From an uncultured Actinomycetota bacterium (lineage in GTDB: Bacteria; Actinomycetota; Acidimicrobiia; Acidimicrobiales; Bog-793), in contig CAVXUB010000002.1 of the NCBI GenBank assembly GCA_963764805.1, forward strand, positions 769,028 through 833,027: a DNA stretch of 64,000 nucleotides. Direction: 5' to 3'. Shown piece after piece: positions 46,584 to 57,209 of the stretch; the first letter of the stretch is position 1; every line of letters begins with the position of its first letter. The notes beneath the pieces were generated by a model. The model saw nothing but the letters and a program-made list of their open reading frames with translations. It had not been told where the DNA came from and did no database searches. The translations under genes and the position numbers were made by a program.

Positions 46584-47885
46584 TCATCCGAACACCCTCG
46601 ACCAGGCGGCCGGTGCGCTCTCAGGCAGGGCGTCCGTGCCCATCTCCACCTCTGCGCAGCCGCAGAAGCGGGCCAGCTCATGGGCCTCCCGCAGGTACGC
46701 CTGCAACCGCCTCACCCCGGCGGGCGCTGACGCCTCGGGGTGAACCGCCTCGATCCGCAGGACTCCCCGCCGGCGATCCGTCCGAGCATCGATCCGTGCT
46801 ACCAGCGTCTCCCCGTCGAGCAACGGCAACACGTAGTAGCCGTACCGGCGAAGGTGCTTGGGGACGTAGATCTCCATCTTGAAGTCGAAGCCAAATAGCT
46901 GCGCTGCGCGTGCCCTGTTTATGAGCAGGTTGTCGAACGGCGAGAGCAGGACCGCTCGCCCGGCGAACTCACCCTCTTGCATCCGCTGCAGGAGGCCGAG
47001 GTCCAGCCGGTGGACGAACCATCGACCGCGAAGGGGGTCGCCGGCCGCGTCCACCACCTGGACCTGCTCGACATCGCCCGCCTTGGCGAGCATCTCGAGC
47101 ACCCGCTCGTAACCCGGGTAGTAGCCGGCCGTGTAGTTCTGCATGATCTGGCGATCCGTAGCGATGCCGAGCGAGCGGAGAGACCGCACGACTGCCCGCG
47201 TGACTATCTCCTCGTCGTCGAGCTCGGCTCTCGGCGTCCACGGAGGAAGCCAGCGTTCGGCAAGGTCGTAGAGACGCCCGGTGCCTGACCTGCCGCTTAT
47301 CACGACCAGACCCTGCACCCAGAGGAAGGTCAGCATCCTGTCGACGTCGCGGCCGCCGGTCCAACCCGAGGATTGCCAGCGCACCGAGTCCACGGATGAG
47401 AAGGCCCTCGATCCGAGCGGCCCTTCCTCCGCCAGCCGGCTCAGGATGGCATCGCGCAGCGGCTCGTTCGCAACGATCCACTCGTGGACCCTCTCGTGCC
47501 CCATGTGATCCTCACGTGCGTACCGGCGCATCCGGAGGCGGTGGATCTCGTAGTCGGCAACCGGCACCACGGCGGCCGCGTGCGCCCAGTACTCGAACAG
47601 CAGGCGGTTGCCGAAGATCGCCTGGTCGAGCGCTTCACGCTCGAACGAGCCGAGCCGGCTGCGAAGCACCAGCAGCGGGCTCCTCTCGACGACGGCGATC
47701 GGGTCGACCTGCACGTAGCCGAGAGCATGAACGGTGTCGGCGATCCTGCCGACAACCCCGCCCAGAGCGTCCGGCGCGCCGATCGGGACCATCGCGTCGC
47801 CTCGCCGCAGTCCCTCGCCCGTCGCATCCAGGCCTTGGGCGACGACGGCGAGCCTGCGTGCCGCCCGAAGGCTCACGATACGCAT
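46584..47885 (-). CDS. Winged-helix DNA glycosylase-like protein (YcaQ/AlkZ, DUF1006 family)
   Basis: An internal ATG at 47885 in a 654-aa composite ORF. Family-like blocks are YVQVDPIAVVERS, LFEYWAHAAA and KHLRRYGYYVLPLL. Confidence 0.8.
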   Translation of the reverse strand: MRIVSLRAARRLAVVAQGLDATGEGLRRGDAMVPIGAPDALGGVVGRIADTVHALGYVQVDPIAVVERSPLLVLRSRLGSFEREALDQAIFGNRLLFEYWAHAAAVVPVADYEIHRLRMRRYAREDHMGHERVHEWIVANEPLRDAILSRLAEEGPLGSRAFSSVDSVRWQSSGWTGGRDVDRMLTFLWVQGLVVISGRSGTGRLYDLAERWLPPWTPRAELDDEEIVTRAVVRSLRSLGIATDRQIMQNYTAGYYPGYERVLEMLAKAGDVEQVQVVDAAGDPLRGRWFVHRLDLGLLQRMQEGEFAGRAVLLSPFDNLLINRARAAQLFGFDFKMEIYVPKHLRRYGYYVLPLLDGETLVARIDARTDRRRGVLRIEAVHPEASAPAGVRRLQAYLREAHELARFCGCAEVEMGTDALPESAPAAWSRVFG

Positions 47886-47975
47886 CGCTGCTCCGCTGGC
47901 CACGGCGAACGACACTACCGATCGGGTGCGCGCGGGCCTTCCTGGCCACTCTGGCAGCGGCGATTCTCTGCCACG

Positions 47976-49514
47976 ATGTCCGCCGTGAAGCCCGCGCCTC
48001 CCCGACCGACGAGAGGACGTACCGAGGTCCTGGTCGCCATCGATGCCGGCACGACAGGAGTGCGCTCGCTGGCGTTCGAGCTCGATGGCTCCGTGGCAGC
48101 CGTCTCCTACCGTGAGCTGACGCAGCACTACCCGCGGCCGGGCTGGGTCGAGCACGACCCTGCCGAGATCTGGAACCTCGTGCAGGAGACTCTCGGGGAG
48201 CTCATCACGACTCTGCAGGCGGCGGGCAGGACCCCGCTGGCGATCGGCATCACGAACCAGCGCGAGACGGCAGTCGCCTGGGACAGGCGTTCCGGTCGGG
48301 CGATCACGGCGGCGATCGTTTGGCAGGACCGCCGCACGGCCGACCGCTGCGCCGAGCTGCAACAGCAGGGGCTGCTTCGAACCGTGCGGGAGCAGACGGG
48401 GCTGGTGCTCGATCCGTACTTCACGGCCACCAAATGGGAGTGGATGCTGCGCCATGGTGGCGTGCAGCTGGGCAGCGACTTGGCGCTCGGCACTGTCGAC
48501 TCCTGGGTCCTCTGGAACTTGACCGGCGGGGTGTCGGGGGGCGTGCATGCCACTGACCCGTCCAACGCCAGCCGGACGCTCCTCTACGACATCGGGCGGG
48601 GCAGCTGGTCGTCCGAGCTCTGCGAGATCTTCGGGTTGCCGGTCGGTGCATTGGCAGAGGTACGGCCGTCGGCGCGCCCCTTCGGCGTGGTCGGGTCGGC
48701 ACCGGCGAGAGGTCTACCGGTCACGGGGATCGCCGGCGATCAGCAGGCGTCGCTGTTCGGTCACGGCTGCAGATCTGTCGGGGATACGAAGGTGACGTAC
48801 GGGACGGGGAGTTTCGTGCTGTCGAACATCGGCACGGAGTTGCCGGCGCCCACTGAGGGCCTGCTGACAACCATCGCCTGGGACCTCGGGGACGGGACAG
48901 GTCCGGTGTATGCGCTGGAGGGCGCAGTCTTCGCGTCCGGTGCAGCGATCCAATGGATGCGGGACGGGCTCGGGCTGATCGGGGAGGCAAGCGAGATCGG
49001 CCCACTCGCTGGAACGGTGCCCGACGCCGGTGGCTGCTACATGGTGCCGGCCTTCTCCGGTCTCGGCAGTCCCTGGTGGGACCCGCATGCCCGAGCGGCG
49101 ATCGTCGGCCTGACGAGAGGCGTCGGGCGTGCCCACCTGGCGCGGGCGATCATCGAGTCGATCGCCTTCCAGACACGCGACGTGGTCGACGCGATGGCGA
49201 CAGCCGCAGGTCGCGCTCCCGGCAGGTTGTTGGCGGACGGCGGCGCATCGGCGATGGACCTCCTGCTGCAGCTGCAGGCCGATCAGTGTGGTGTACCAGT
49301 GACCCGTCAAGCCTCCACAGAGGTGACGGCACTCGGTGCCGCGGCGCTCGCCGGGCTCGGGGCCGGCATCTGGGACAGCGCCGAGGAGCTCGGGAGCCTG
49401 GCGAGGCAGGCGGGGACGTTCTCGCCGGTCCGCACTCGGTCGGCGGCCGATGCCGATCACCAGGGTTGGCTGAAGGCGCTCGATCGCTCCCGCGAATGGG
49501 AGCTCTCCAGCTGA
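47976..49514 (+). CDS. glpK: Glycerol kinase
   Basis: FGGY-family motifs VAIDAGTTGVRS, GITNQRETAVAWD, GDQQASLFG and ADGGAS, with full-length collinearity to GlpK. Confidence 0.95.
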   Translation: MSAVKPAPPRPTRGRTEVLVAIDAGTTGVRSLAFELDGSVAAVSYRELTQHYPRPGWVEHDPAEIWNLVQETLGELITTLQAAGRTPLAIGITNQRETAVAWDRRSGRAITAAIVWQDRRTADRCAELQQQGLLRTVREQTGLVLDPYFTATKWEWMLRHGGVQLGSDLALGTVDSWVLWNLTGGVSGGVHATDPSNASRTLLYDIGRGSWSSELCEIFGLPVGALAEVRPSARPFGVVGSAPARGLPVTGIAGDQQASLFGHGCRSVGDTKVTYGTGSFVLSNIGTELPAPTEGLLTTIAWDLGDGTGPVYALEGAVFASGAAIQWMRDGLGLIGEASEIGPLAGTVPDAGGCYMVPAFSGLGSPWWDPHARAAIVGLTRGVGRAHLARAIIESIAFQTRDVVDAMATAAGRAPGRLLADGGASAMDLLLQLQADQCGVPVTRQASTEVTALGAAALAGLGAGIWDSAEELGSLARQAGTFSPVRTRSAADADHQGWLKALDRSREWELSS

Positions 49515-50209
49515 ACAGCTGATCCCTGCGCCGCGGATCCCTGGCCGGCGGCGCGGTGCCCCGACCTCGATGCGTAGGCGTCCACATACTCCTGGCCGGA
49601 CAACTCCCGGATCTCGAACATCACCTCGTCGGTGATCTGCCGCAACACGAGCGGGTCGGAGGCGGCGGCTCCGTAGCGCCGGGGCACGTCGATCGCCGGT
49701 CCAAAACGCAGCGTGACCGTCTTGAACGGCCGCAGCATCCGCTTGCCGATCGGTTGAACCGCACGTGTGCCGATGATCCCCACCGGCACCACCGGGCAGC
49801 CGGCGGCCAGGGCCAACCTCGCCACTCCCGTACGACCCTTGTGCAGGCGCTCGTCGGCGGGACGCGTTCCCTCGGGGTAGATGCCGAGAATGCCGCCGCC
49901 CGTCAGGAGATCGAGCGCCTCGCCGAGCGCCTGCGCCGACTTGTCCCCGCCTTCGCGGTTCATCGGGATCTGCCCGACGGCGCGGAAGAACCAGGCTGTT
50001 TTCCTTTGCTGGAAGTATTCGGCCTTGGCGACGAAGGTCACCCGCCGCCTCACGCTCGCCGGCAGGAATAGCGAGTCGCAGAACGCCTGATGGTTGGCGG
50101 CGAGGATCACACCACCGGCCGCCGGCACATTCTCTGCACCCTCGACACGGATGCGGAAGAACACCTTCAACAGCGAGCCGATCACGACTTTGAGGATCGT
50201 GTAGACCAC
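49457..50209 (-). CDS. 1-acyl-sn-glycerol-3-phosphate acyltransferase family protein (PlsC-like)
   Basis: Catalytic motif NHQAFCD, plus FVAKAE and IYPEGTR. The start is placed at GTG 50209, but the ORF extends to 50314. Its 3-prime end overlaps the glpK end by 58 bp. Confidence 0.8.
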   Translation of the reverse strand: MVYTILKVVIGSLLKVFFRIRVEGAENVPAAGGVILAANHQAFCDSLFLPASVRRRVTFVAKAEYFQQRKTAWFFRAVGQIPMNREGGDKSAQALGEALDLLTGGGILGIYPEGTRPADERLHKGRTGVARLALAAGCPVVPVGIIGTRAVQPIGKRMLRPFKTVTLRFGPAIDVPRRYGAAASDPLVLRQITDEVMFEIRELSGQEYVDAYASRSGHRAAGQGSAAQGSAVQLESSHSRERSSAFSQPW

Positions 50210-50382
50210 GAGCGAGCCTATCGTGCGGGATCCAGCCGGCCCGATGTCGGGATGAAGGTGGCCGGCGCGGCCGGGCGGAATCGTCAGGCTGACGGCGCCG
50301 CTACGAACCCACAAGCACGAGTGGGCTCGGCCGCGGGCGCAGCGCTACGAGCCGCTCGCTCGCAGCGCCCGCCCCGCACCGA

Positions 50383-51207
50383 CTACGTCGATGTGACCGT
50401 GGCGCCTTGCGGGATCTGGAAGAGGCTCGCCGCCGGGCTGGAGCTGTAGCTCTGGATCTCGAACCCCCCGTTGGTTCCCCCGCCAGAGGTCTTCACGTAG
50501 CCGAGCACTCCCTGATCGGTGACGCACCATTGAGCCGACTCCTGCTGCCCGCTCTTGGTGGCTGACCACGTGACGCAGGTCAGGTTGATCCCGTTGAGCG
50601 ACATCGTGGAGTTGGAGACATGCACGCCCGCAAGAGCCGCTTCGGAGCTTTCGATGGCGCGGAGCTCGGTGATCCAATACTTGCCGGAGTAGAACTCGTC
50701 GGCGGTGGAGAGACTCGCCGCCTCCGAAGCCGGGTACTTGATGCAGTTCCAGCTGCTTGATCCGGGGCTCTCGCTGCAGACGTAGGCGGTCGTGCTGCTG
50801 GAGCCGATCAAGTCGGTCTTCGAGCCGTCGGTGTCGGTGGAGCCGAAATATGTCTGCGAGCCGGACTGGGCAATCGTCAGCATGCTGGTCGTGCTCGACC
50901 CCGAAAGGACCTTGTAGGTCGCCTCGAAGGTCGAGTTCTCGCCTGCCTGGATCTTGCTCTGGAGAGCGGACAGCCCGCTACCACTGGTGCTGCCGCCGGT
51001 GGTGGGAGTCCCCCCACCACTTGGCGACGTGGTGCCCCCCGGAGAGGCGGTAGTGGTAGACGACGTCCCCCCTCCCGGCAAAGTCCCCCCGTTGCCGCTG
51101 TTGCTGCCACATGCCGCCAGGGCGCCAGCCGATACCAGGCAGGCGGCGAGTACCGCCGCTTGGCTGGCGTGCCGCGCCAAGGCGTTGCGCAGATCGATTG
51201 TGGTCAT
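50383..51207 (-). CDS. Lipoprotein, hypothetical, with a Gly/Ser/Thr-rich linker
   Basis: GGAGG precedes ATG 51207. The signal peptide with lipobox is AAVLAACLVSAGALAAC. Confidence 0.75.
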   Translation of the reverse strand: MTTIDLRNALARHASQAAVLAACLVSAGALAACGSNSGNGGTLPGGGTSSTTTASPGGTTSPSGGGTPTTGGSTSGSGLSALQSKIQAGENSTFEATYKVLSGSSTTSMLTIAQSGSQTYFGSTDTDGSKTDLIGSSSTTAYVCSESPGSSSWNCIKYPASEAASLSTADEFYSGKYWITELRAIESSEAALAGVHVSNSTMSLNGINLTCVTWSATKSGQQESAQWCVTDQGVLGYVKTSGGGTNGGFEIQSYSSSPAASLFQIPQGATVTST

Positions 51208-51360
51208 ATTGCCTCCCCCTCGAGGGAGCGAACGCCATCGCCAGTGACGCGCGCGATTGCGCTATTTGCGCACGGCGTGCAGCTTACTTTGTTGATTGCT
51301 GCCCTGCGAGTGTTTTTCCCGCGTCACCCTGCGCCGACGCCGAGCGCCCTCCGGGGACCG

Positions 51361-52559
51361 CTACAGCTTGGTCAGCGCCCGCTTCAACGAGCGCACTCCC
51401 TGAGCTATCCGCTGCTCGTTCTCGATCAGGGCGAAGCGGACGAACCCGTCACCACCCTGCCCGAAGCCGACTCCCGGCGAGGTCGCCACCTTCGCCTCCT
51501 CGACCAGGAACTTGGAGAACTCGAGCGAGCCCATCTCCTCGTAAGGCTCCGGGATCTGCGCCCAGACGAACATCGTGCCCCTCGGCCTCGGAACGTCCCA
51601 GCCGATGCGCGACAGCCCGTCGCACAAGGCGTCCCGGCGCGACCTGTATACGGCGTTGACCTGCAAGGATAGTCGGGCGCCTCGTTCATCGCCACGATGG
51701 CGGCGATCTGGATGGGTTGGAAGGTCCCGTAGTCGAGGTAGGACTTGAGCTTCGTCAGCGCCTGCACGATCTCCCGGTTCCCGACGAGAAAGGCGACCCG
51801 CCATCCCGCCATTGAGAACGACTTGGTCAGCGTGTAGAGCTCGACCGCCACCTCCTTGGCCCCTTCGACCTGGAGTATCGATGGCGGCACGTAGCCGTCG
51901 AAGTAGGTGTCCGAGTAGGCGAAGTCGTGGACCAGCACCACTCCGTGCTCGTGGGCGAACTCCACCAGCCGGGTCATCGTGGCGAGGTCGATGCAGGTGG
52001 TGGTGGGGTTGTGGGGGAACGAGAGAACGACGACACGGGGCTTTGGCCATGCCGACTCCCACGCCTCGACGAGGTTCTCGAAGAAGGCTTCACCGGCACC
52101 CGCCGCGTCGGCTGTACCGAGGCCGCCGAGCCGCACCGTGCGAATGTCGGCGCCTGCGAAGAGCGGGGCGTAGATGTGGATCGGATAGGACGGCGAGGGC
52201 ACGATGGCCGTGTCACCCGGCTCTACGAGCGTCCACATCAGGTGCGAGAGGCCTTCCTTGGCGCCGATCGTGGTGACGACCTCGGTGTCCGGATCGATCG
52301 CCACGCCGAAGCGACGCTCGTAGAGCGCCGAGATCGCCTCCCGCAGGTGGGGGATACCTCGCGAGGCCGAGTAGCGGTGGTTTCGGGGGTTGCGTGCCGC
52401 CTCGACGAGCTTGTCCACAGCGACATCAGGTGACGGGATGTCCGGGTTGCCGAACCCGAGGTCGATCACGTCCTCGCCGGCGCGGCGGGCCGCGAGCTTG
52501 AGATCGTTGATCGCCGCGAAGACGTACGGCGGCAGCCCGTTGATCCTTCGAAACTCCAT
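51361..52559 (-). CDS. Class I/II PLP-dependent aminotransferase (AlaT/AspC-like); 1-bp deletion at about 51667
   Basis: [13 protein letters not shown]...GFGNPD...SASRGIP...SFPHNPT...KSFSMAGWR. The C-terminal part ([15 protein letters not shown]...[12 protein letters not shown]) lies in another frame. The span length is 3n+2. Confidence 0.85.
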
Positions 52560-52568
52560 CCGCGAACC

Positions 52569-53309
52569 CTACAGGCGCTCCCCCGTCGCCTCGCCAGACG
52601 TTCCCGGCTCGAAGACCCCGGCGGCGTCGCGGATCCGCAGCAGCCGCTCGATCGATCCAGGCGCGCCGACGACCGCCCAGCTGGCGCCGGCCTGAGAGAG
52701 AGCCGACAAACGAGCAGCCGCCGCCCCGGGATCGTCCGGCAGCGGGCCGCCCCAGGTCACCTCCCTGGCCCCCGCCGCCAGCACGGCGGCGACGGCCTCA
52801 GGCGAGGCATCCCAGAGGTTGACGACCGCGCCGATATCGATGCCGGCCTGGTTCGTGGCCATCGATCCGCCACCGACCCACACCTCCAGCCCGGCGGCCC
52901 AAAGTGCACTCCCGACCTCGCGCAACTCGCTCCGGCGCTCCCCTGCCGGTGCCATCTCGATCCCCGTACGCACGTGCTCGTCGCCGCTCTTGCTGTCACC
53001 GACCCCGAGCCCCGCGATCAGCCTCCCCGCGCTCTCCAACTCCACTGCCAGCAGTTCGGCGACCAGGGCGCCCGCAGGAAGCAAGCCCACTCTCGAGACG
53101 AGCGTCCCCAGCCGGATCCGCTCGGTCCGAACCGCCACGGCACTCAGCACGAGGCGTGCGGCCAGAGCTGGGCGGTTGGGGGAACCCATCGGCCAGAGGT
53201 GATCGAAGACGAAGACCCCGTCGATCCCCCTCTCCTCTGCCGCACATGCCATCTCGAGCGCCTTGCGGGCGTCGGCCCTGAAGGTCGGCAGCATGCACCC
53301 GAGCTTCAC
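52569..53309 (-). CDS. Luciferase-like monooxygenase (LLM) class, probably an F420-dependent oxidoreductase
   Basis: There is a GTGA overlap with the upstream glucokinase stop. Pattern GIDGVFVFDHLW...LGTLVSRVGL...GLGVG. Confidence 0.8.
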   Translation of the reverse strand: MKLGCMLPTFRADARKALEMACAAEERGIDGVFVFDHLWPMGSPNRPALAARLVLSAVAVRTERIRLGTLVSRVGLLPAGALVAELLAVELESAGRLIAGLGVGDSKSGDEHVRTGIEMAPAGERRSELREVGSALWAAGLEVWVGGGSMATNQAGIDIGAVVNLWDASPEAVAAVLAAGAREVTWGGPLPDDPGAAAARLSALSQAGASWAVVGAPGSIERLLRIRDAAGVFEPGTSGEATGERL

Positions 53310-54298
53310 GGGGCTCGGTCCCGCACCGCCCGGTCGAGCTGGATCAGCGCCAGCGCCGCCGCCCCGATCGCCCCGGCCATCTCGCCGTGCACGGCAGGCA
53401 CGATCGAGATCGCGGGGCGGAACTCGGTCCCCTCGACGAGCCGGTTGAAGGCATCGGCCGCCGGCCCGAGCAGCACGTCCCCGGCCTCCACGAGTCCCCC
53501 GCCGAGCACGATCAGCTGCGGATCGAGGAGGTTGGCGAGATTGGCCAATCCGAGAGCCAGCCAGAAGGCGAGCTCCTCCAGCACTCGACGGGCGTCGTCG
53601 TCGCCTTCCAGCGCTGCTGACACGACGTGCTCGCCCCGCACGCTGTCCGCGTTCCCTCCGGCAAGCTCGAGGATCCGCCGCGCCTCGCCCCTGAGCGCCG
53701 CCTCCCGGGCGAGCCGGCCGAGCGCCGATCCCGAGGCGTAGCGCTCCCAGCACCCCCTCCGGCCGCAGGCGCACTGCTCGCCCTGCGGATCGACCGACAT
53801 GTGGCCGATCTCGCCGGCGAAGTTGTTCGCTCCGCGGAACATCTCGCCCTCGCTGACGATCCCGCCCCCGATGCCCGTGCCGAGCGTCACCACCAGCGCC
53901 TCCCCGGTCCCGCGGGCGGCGCCGAAGCTGTGCTCGGCAGCGCAGGCGCAGTTGGCGTCGTTGTCGACGACGCATGCCAGGTCGCAGAGCGCCGTGCCGG
54001 CGAGGCGTCCCCTGATCCCGCCGGCGACGTCGAGACCGATCGCCGTAGGGAGATTGGGCGAGAAGCGGATGACGCCGTCCTTGTCGACGAGGCCCGGCAC
54101 CCCGATGCCGAGAGCCTTCGGGGGAGCCGAGGCGGCAGCCAGGTCGAGCACCACACCGACCACCGCGTCGAGGATCTCCCCGCCGCCGACCGGGGTCGGG
54201 ACCCGGCGTGAGTCGAGCACCGAGCCCTCGCCGGAGACGAGCATCCCGAGGATCTTCGTGCCGCCGACGTCGACACCGACGGCGGTCGGCACGGTCAC
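53306..54298 (-). CDS. ROK-family glucokinase
   Basis: The ATP-binding N-terminus is VGVDVGGTKI, and the ROK Zn motif is GHMSVDPQGEQCACGRRGCWE. Confidence 0.9.
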   Translation of the reverse strand: MTVPTAVGVDVGGTKILGMLVSGEGSVLDSRRVPTPVGGGEILDAVVGVVLDLAAASAPPKALGIGVPGLVDKDGVIRFSPNLPTAIGLDVAGGIRGRLAGTALCDLACVVDNDANCACAAEHSFGAARGTGEALVVTLGTGIGGGIVSEGEMFRGANNFAGEIGHMSVDPQGEQCACGRRGCWERYASGSALGRLAREAALRGEARRILELAGGNADSVRGEHVVSAALEGDDDARRVLEELAFWLALGLANLANLLDPQLIVLGGGLVEAGDVLLGPAADAFNRLVEGTEFRPAISIVPAVHGEMAGAIGAAALALIQLDRAVRDRAP

Positions 54299-54738
54299 TG
54301 ACCGGACTCCACCCTCTTCTTCAGGTCGCGGATGGCGGCGTGCAGGATGTAGCCCTCTGCACGGCGCTTCACGAAGCCGGGGATCGGAACCTTGAGCTCG
54401 ACCGTCAGCTCGTAGAAGACCTCCGTCTCGCCCTCGCCGGCCGCCACGAAACGGTACGAACCGTCCAATCGAGCGGTCACGTCCCCGTCACGCTGCACCC
54501 AGGAGACCGCTTGGGGAGCCTTGCTGTAGTCATAGGCAAGCGTGTAGCTCGTGCTCCGCCCGAAGGCGGCGGCGCGGAACGCCACGAGCGAAGCCCTCCC
54601 CTCGGCGTCGCGCTCGCGCACCTCGACCTGCTTCAGGCCGGCGACCCATTCGGGGTAGCGCTCGAGATCGGTGACCACGGCGAAACAGCGCTCGGGAGAG
54701 CCGCTGATGACCATGCGCTCGGTGGTCTGTTCGGCCAC
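54295..54738 (-). CDS. SRPBCC (START/polyketide-cyclase-like) family protein
   Basis: AAGGAGG precedes GTG 54738. 147 aa, with the family-typical motif VTDLERYPEWV. Confidence 0.8.
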   Translation of the reverse strand: MAEQTTERMVISGSPERCFAVVTDLERYPEWVAGLKQVEVRERDAEGRASLVAFRAAAFGRSTSYTLAYDYSKAPQAVSWVQRDGDVTARLDGSYRFVAAGEGETEVFYELTVELKVPIPGFVKRRAEGYILHAAIRDLKKRVESGQ

Positions 54739-54800
54739 ACGTCCTCCTTTGATCCCTTAGGTGACCAGCCTTACACTTTCCGCGGCTGCCACGCAGCCCA

Positions 54801-55988
54801 TCAAGCCCGCGCCATTCCGACTTCCGCGCCGACTGCCGCGCTGGCTGCCTCGCGGATCCCCGCGACGAGCCGCCCAGCGAGTATGTCGTAGTCGAACTCG
54901 GCGACCGCGCGCCTCCTCGCCGCCTCCCCCATCGCATTGCGCAGGCCGACGTCGTCGAGCAGGGTGCCGATGGCGTCCGCCGCCACGAAGGGATCCGACG
55001 GTTCGGCCACCACCAGGCCCGTCAAGCCGTGCTGCACGGCATCGCTCGCGCCGCCGCTGTCTCCCGCCACCTGTGCGACCCCCGCCGCGGCAGCTTCCAT
55101 GAAGACGATGCCGAAGCCCTCCTGCTCGAGACCGCCCCAGCGATCGCGGCAGAGCATCACCGAGAGGTCCCCGCAGGCATGCAGAGCAGGCAGGTCCGCA
55201 TCCGGGACACGTCCCAAGAGGCGCACGGGCGCCCGGTAACGCTCGACGATCCTCCGCAGGCGAGCCTCGTCGCGCCCTGCGCCGCCGATAGCAACGGTGA
55301 GCTCTGGTCTCGTGCGCCGGAGGATGACCGACGCCTCGATCAGCGTGTCCATCCCTTTCCTCGGGACCAGGCGGGAGACGCTGACGAGAAGCGGCCCCCT
55401 GGCGGGCAGCCCGAGGTGCGCCCGAGCATCCGCCCGCTCGGCAGCCGGGAACGGGCGGAAGCGGTGCGTGTCGACGCCAGGAGGCACGACGAGCGAGCGC
55501 GGCCCCCGCTCCTCGTGATCGGTCCTTGCGCCCAACACCCGCAGGGCCTGACGCTCGGGATAGGAGCCCGCCGCCACCAGGAGGGAGGCGCCGGCGAGGA
55601 CCCGAGCCAGCAGCGAGCGGGCCCCGGGGAGCCGGCCGGGCACGGTGACCTCCGCGCCGTGGAGCACGATCGCGTAGGGCCTGCCGAGGTCCGGGCCGAT
55701 GAGCCCGAGCGGCAGGGCCGGGTCCAGCAGGACGAGTGAGGCGTCGATCTCGTCCGCCAGCTCCCGCACCCGCCGGGCCAAGGAGGGCGTCGGGAGCAGC
55801 ACAGCCTCCGGAGCACGCACGATCCGGTACGGCTCACCCTCGTCGAAACTCTCCGTGGCCGCAGCTCCTGATCCCCTCCCTGTCATCACGACCGCTTCTC
55901 CGGGCGGCATGCGCCTCCACAGCTCCCACAGATACGACTGGATGCCGCCGTGCTTGGGCGGGTAGTCGTTCGTGACGAGGAGGTGCAT
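54801..55988 (-). CDS. GT4-family glycosyltransferase (PimB/mannosyltransferase-like)
   Basis: The N-terminus is LLVTNDYPPKHGGIQSY and the C-terminal E-x7-E region is EQEGFGIVFMEAAAAGV. Confidence 0.85.
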   Translation of the reverse strand: MHLLVTNDYPPKHGGIQSYLWELWRRMPPGEAVVMTGRGSGAAATESFDEGEPYRIVRAPEAVLLPTPSLARRVRELADEIDASLVLLDPALPLGLIGPDLGRPYAIVLHGAEVTVPGRLPGARSLLARVLAGASLLVAAGSYPERQALRVLGARTDHEERGPRSLVVPPGVDTHRFRPFPAAERADARAHLGLPARGPLLVSVSRLVPRKGMDTLIEASVILRRTRPELTVAIGGAGRDEARLRRIVERYRAPVRLLGRVPDADLPALHACGDLSVMLCRDRWGGLEQEGFGIVFMEAAAAGVAQVAGDSGGASDAVQHGLTGLVVAEPSDPFVAADAIGTLLDDVGLRNAMGEAARRRAVAEFDYDILAGRLVAGIREAASAAVGAEVGMARA

Positions 55989-57175
55989 CAGGCGGCACCG
56001 GGACGAGCTTCGGGGAGCCGGCGGACCTCTTGGCGGACCATCTCGCTGTCGTCGGCCGCACAGGCCTCGACGGCCAGGTCGTGCAGGCCAAGCCGGCCGG
56101 CGGCCCAGACCGTGTGGGACCGCACCAGCTCGTCCGGCGAGCGAAGGCCGAGAGCGACCCCCTCACGCACGGCGGGGTCCACCGCCCGGCCCACGTTGCC
56201 GAGAGCGACGAGCGCGTTCCGCCGCAGCAGCGCCGCTCGGCGCCCGGCCAGGTAGAAGTGTCCAAAGCGCGACAAGAGGTCTTCGTCGGACGCACCGACC
56301 ATCCAGACGAGATCGGCTGGCGGGGCCGCGGATTGGCGGCGCCTCAGCTCGACAGGCTGGGGTGACCCCGGCGCGAGCCTGGCTTGCCTGCTGTCAGCCA
56401 CCCGGTTCGGCGGGCACACCTCCTGGCACGCGTCGCATCCGTAGATGCGATCGCCGACGGCCTCACGCAGCTCATGAGGAATCGGGTCTGCCGCCTCCAG
56501 CAGCCAGGAGAGGCAACGCCGGGCGTCGAGCACCCCGGGCGCCACGATCGCTCCCGTCGGGCAGGCGGCTGCGCAACGGAAGCACGACCCGCAGTGATCG
56601 GCGACAGGCCCCTCGTCGGCTGGCAGCTCGGCGTCGGTCAGCACCGAACCGATGACGAACCACGAGCCGATGCCAGGGATCAGGATCAGCGTGTTCTTGC
56701 CCCACCAGCCGATGCCGGCGCGGTGAGCGGCGGCACGGTCGACCAGCGCATTGTCGTCCGCCAGGACGCGGGCGCGATGGCCGGACTCCTTCAGCTGCAG
56801 GCTGATCGCGGCCAGACCCGAGCGCAAGATGGCGTACTCGTCACACTGGGCCGATCTGGCGACGCGACCGGTCGGCGAACGCCCAGCCTGCCCGGCGCTC
56901 GCCCCGTCGGCGCCGGCAGTGTCGCCGGCCCCCCGGCCGTAGGACAAGGCGCCGACGACCAGGGACCGAGCTCCCGGCAGGGCGACTGCGGGATCTGTCG
57001 ACCGCTCGGGCCGCCGGTACGTGAAGTTCATCCCTCCGTGAAGCCCCGCCGCTCGCCGCTCGAACAAGTGCCGGCGGGTCTCCAGGAACGGTGAGGCGTC
57101 CGTGATCCTCACCATGTCGAGGCCCGCCCTCTTGCCGGCCTCCAGCAACTGGCGGCGCAGGTCAGCGGGGGCCAT
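55988..57175 (-). CDS. queG: tRNA epoxyqueuosine reductase
   Basis: Two 4Fe-4S motifs (CGSCFRCAAACP and CDACQEVCP), the block GIGWWGKNTLILIPG, and a HEAT-like C-terminus. Confidence 0.85.
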   Translation of the reverse strand: MAPADLRRQLLEAGKRAGLDMVRITDASPFLETRRHLFERRAAGLHGGMNFTYRRPERSTDPAVALPGARSLVVGALSYGRGAGDTAGADGASAGQAGRSPTGRVARSAQCDEYAILRSGLAAISLQLKESGHRARVLADDNALVDRAAAHRAGIGWWGKNTLILIPGIGSWFVIGSVLTDAELPADEGPVADHCGSCFRCAAACPTGAIVAPGVLDARRCLSWLLEAADPIPHELREAVGDRIYGCDACQEVCPPNRVADSRQARLAPGSPQPVELRRRQSAAPPADLVWMVGASDEDLLSRFGHFYLAGRRAALLRRNALVALGNVGRAVDPAVREGVALGLRSPDELVRSHTVWAAGRLGLHDLAVEACAADDSEMVRQEVRRLPEARPGAA

Positions 57176-57209
57176 CACCGCTCCCCCACCGCAGGCCTTC
57201 GAAGCCGGC

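Noticed and set aside
49457-49514. The 58-bp convergent overlap of the glpK and plsC-like 3-prime ends as a regulatory feature.
   Set aside because: The plsC-like C-terminal extension (AAGQGSAAQGSAVQLESSH...) looks like read-through text. An indel or a slightly earlier true stop is a simpler explanation.
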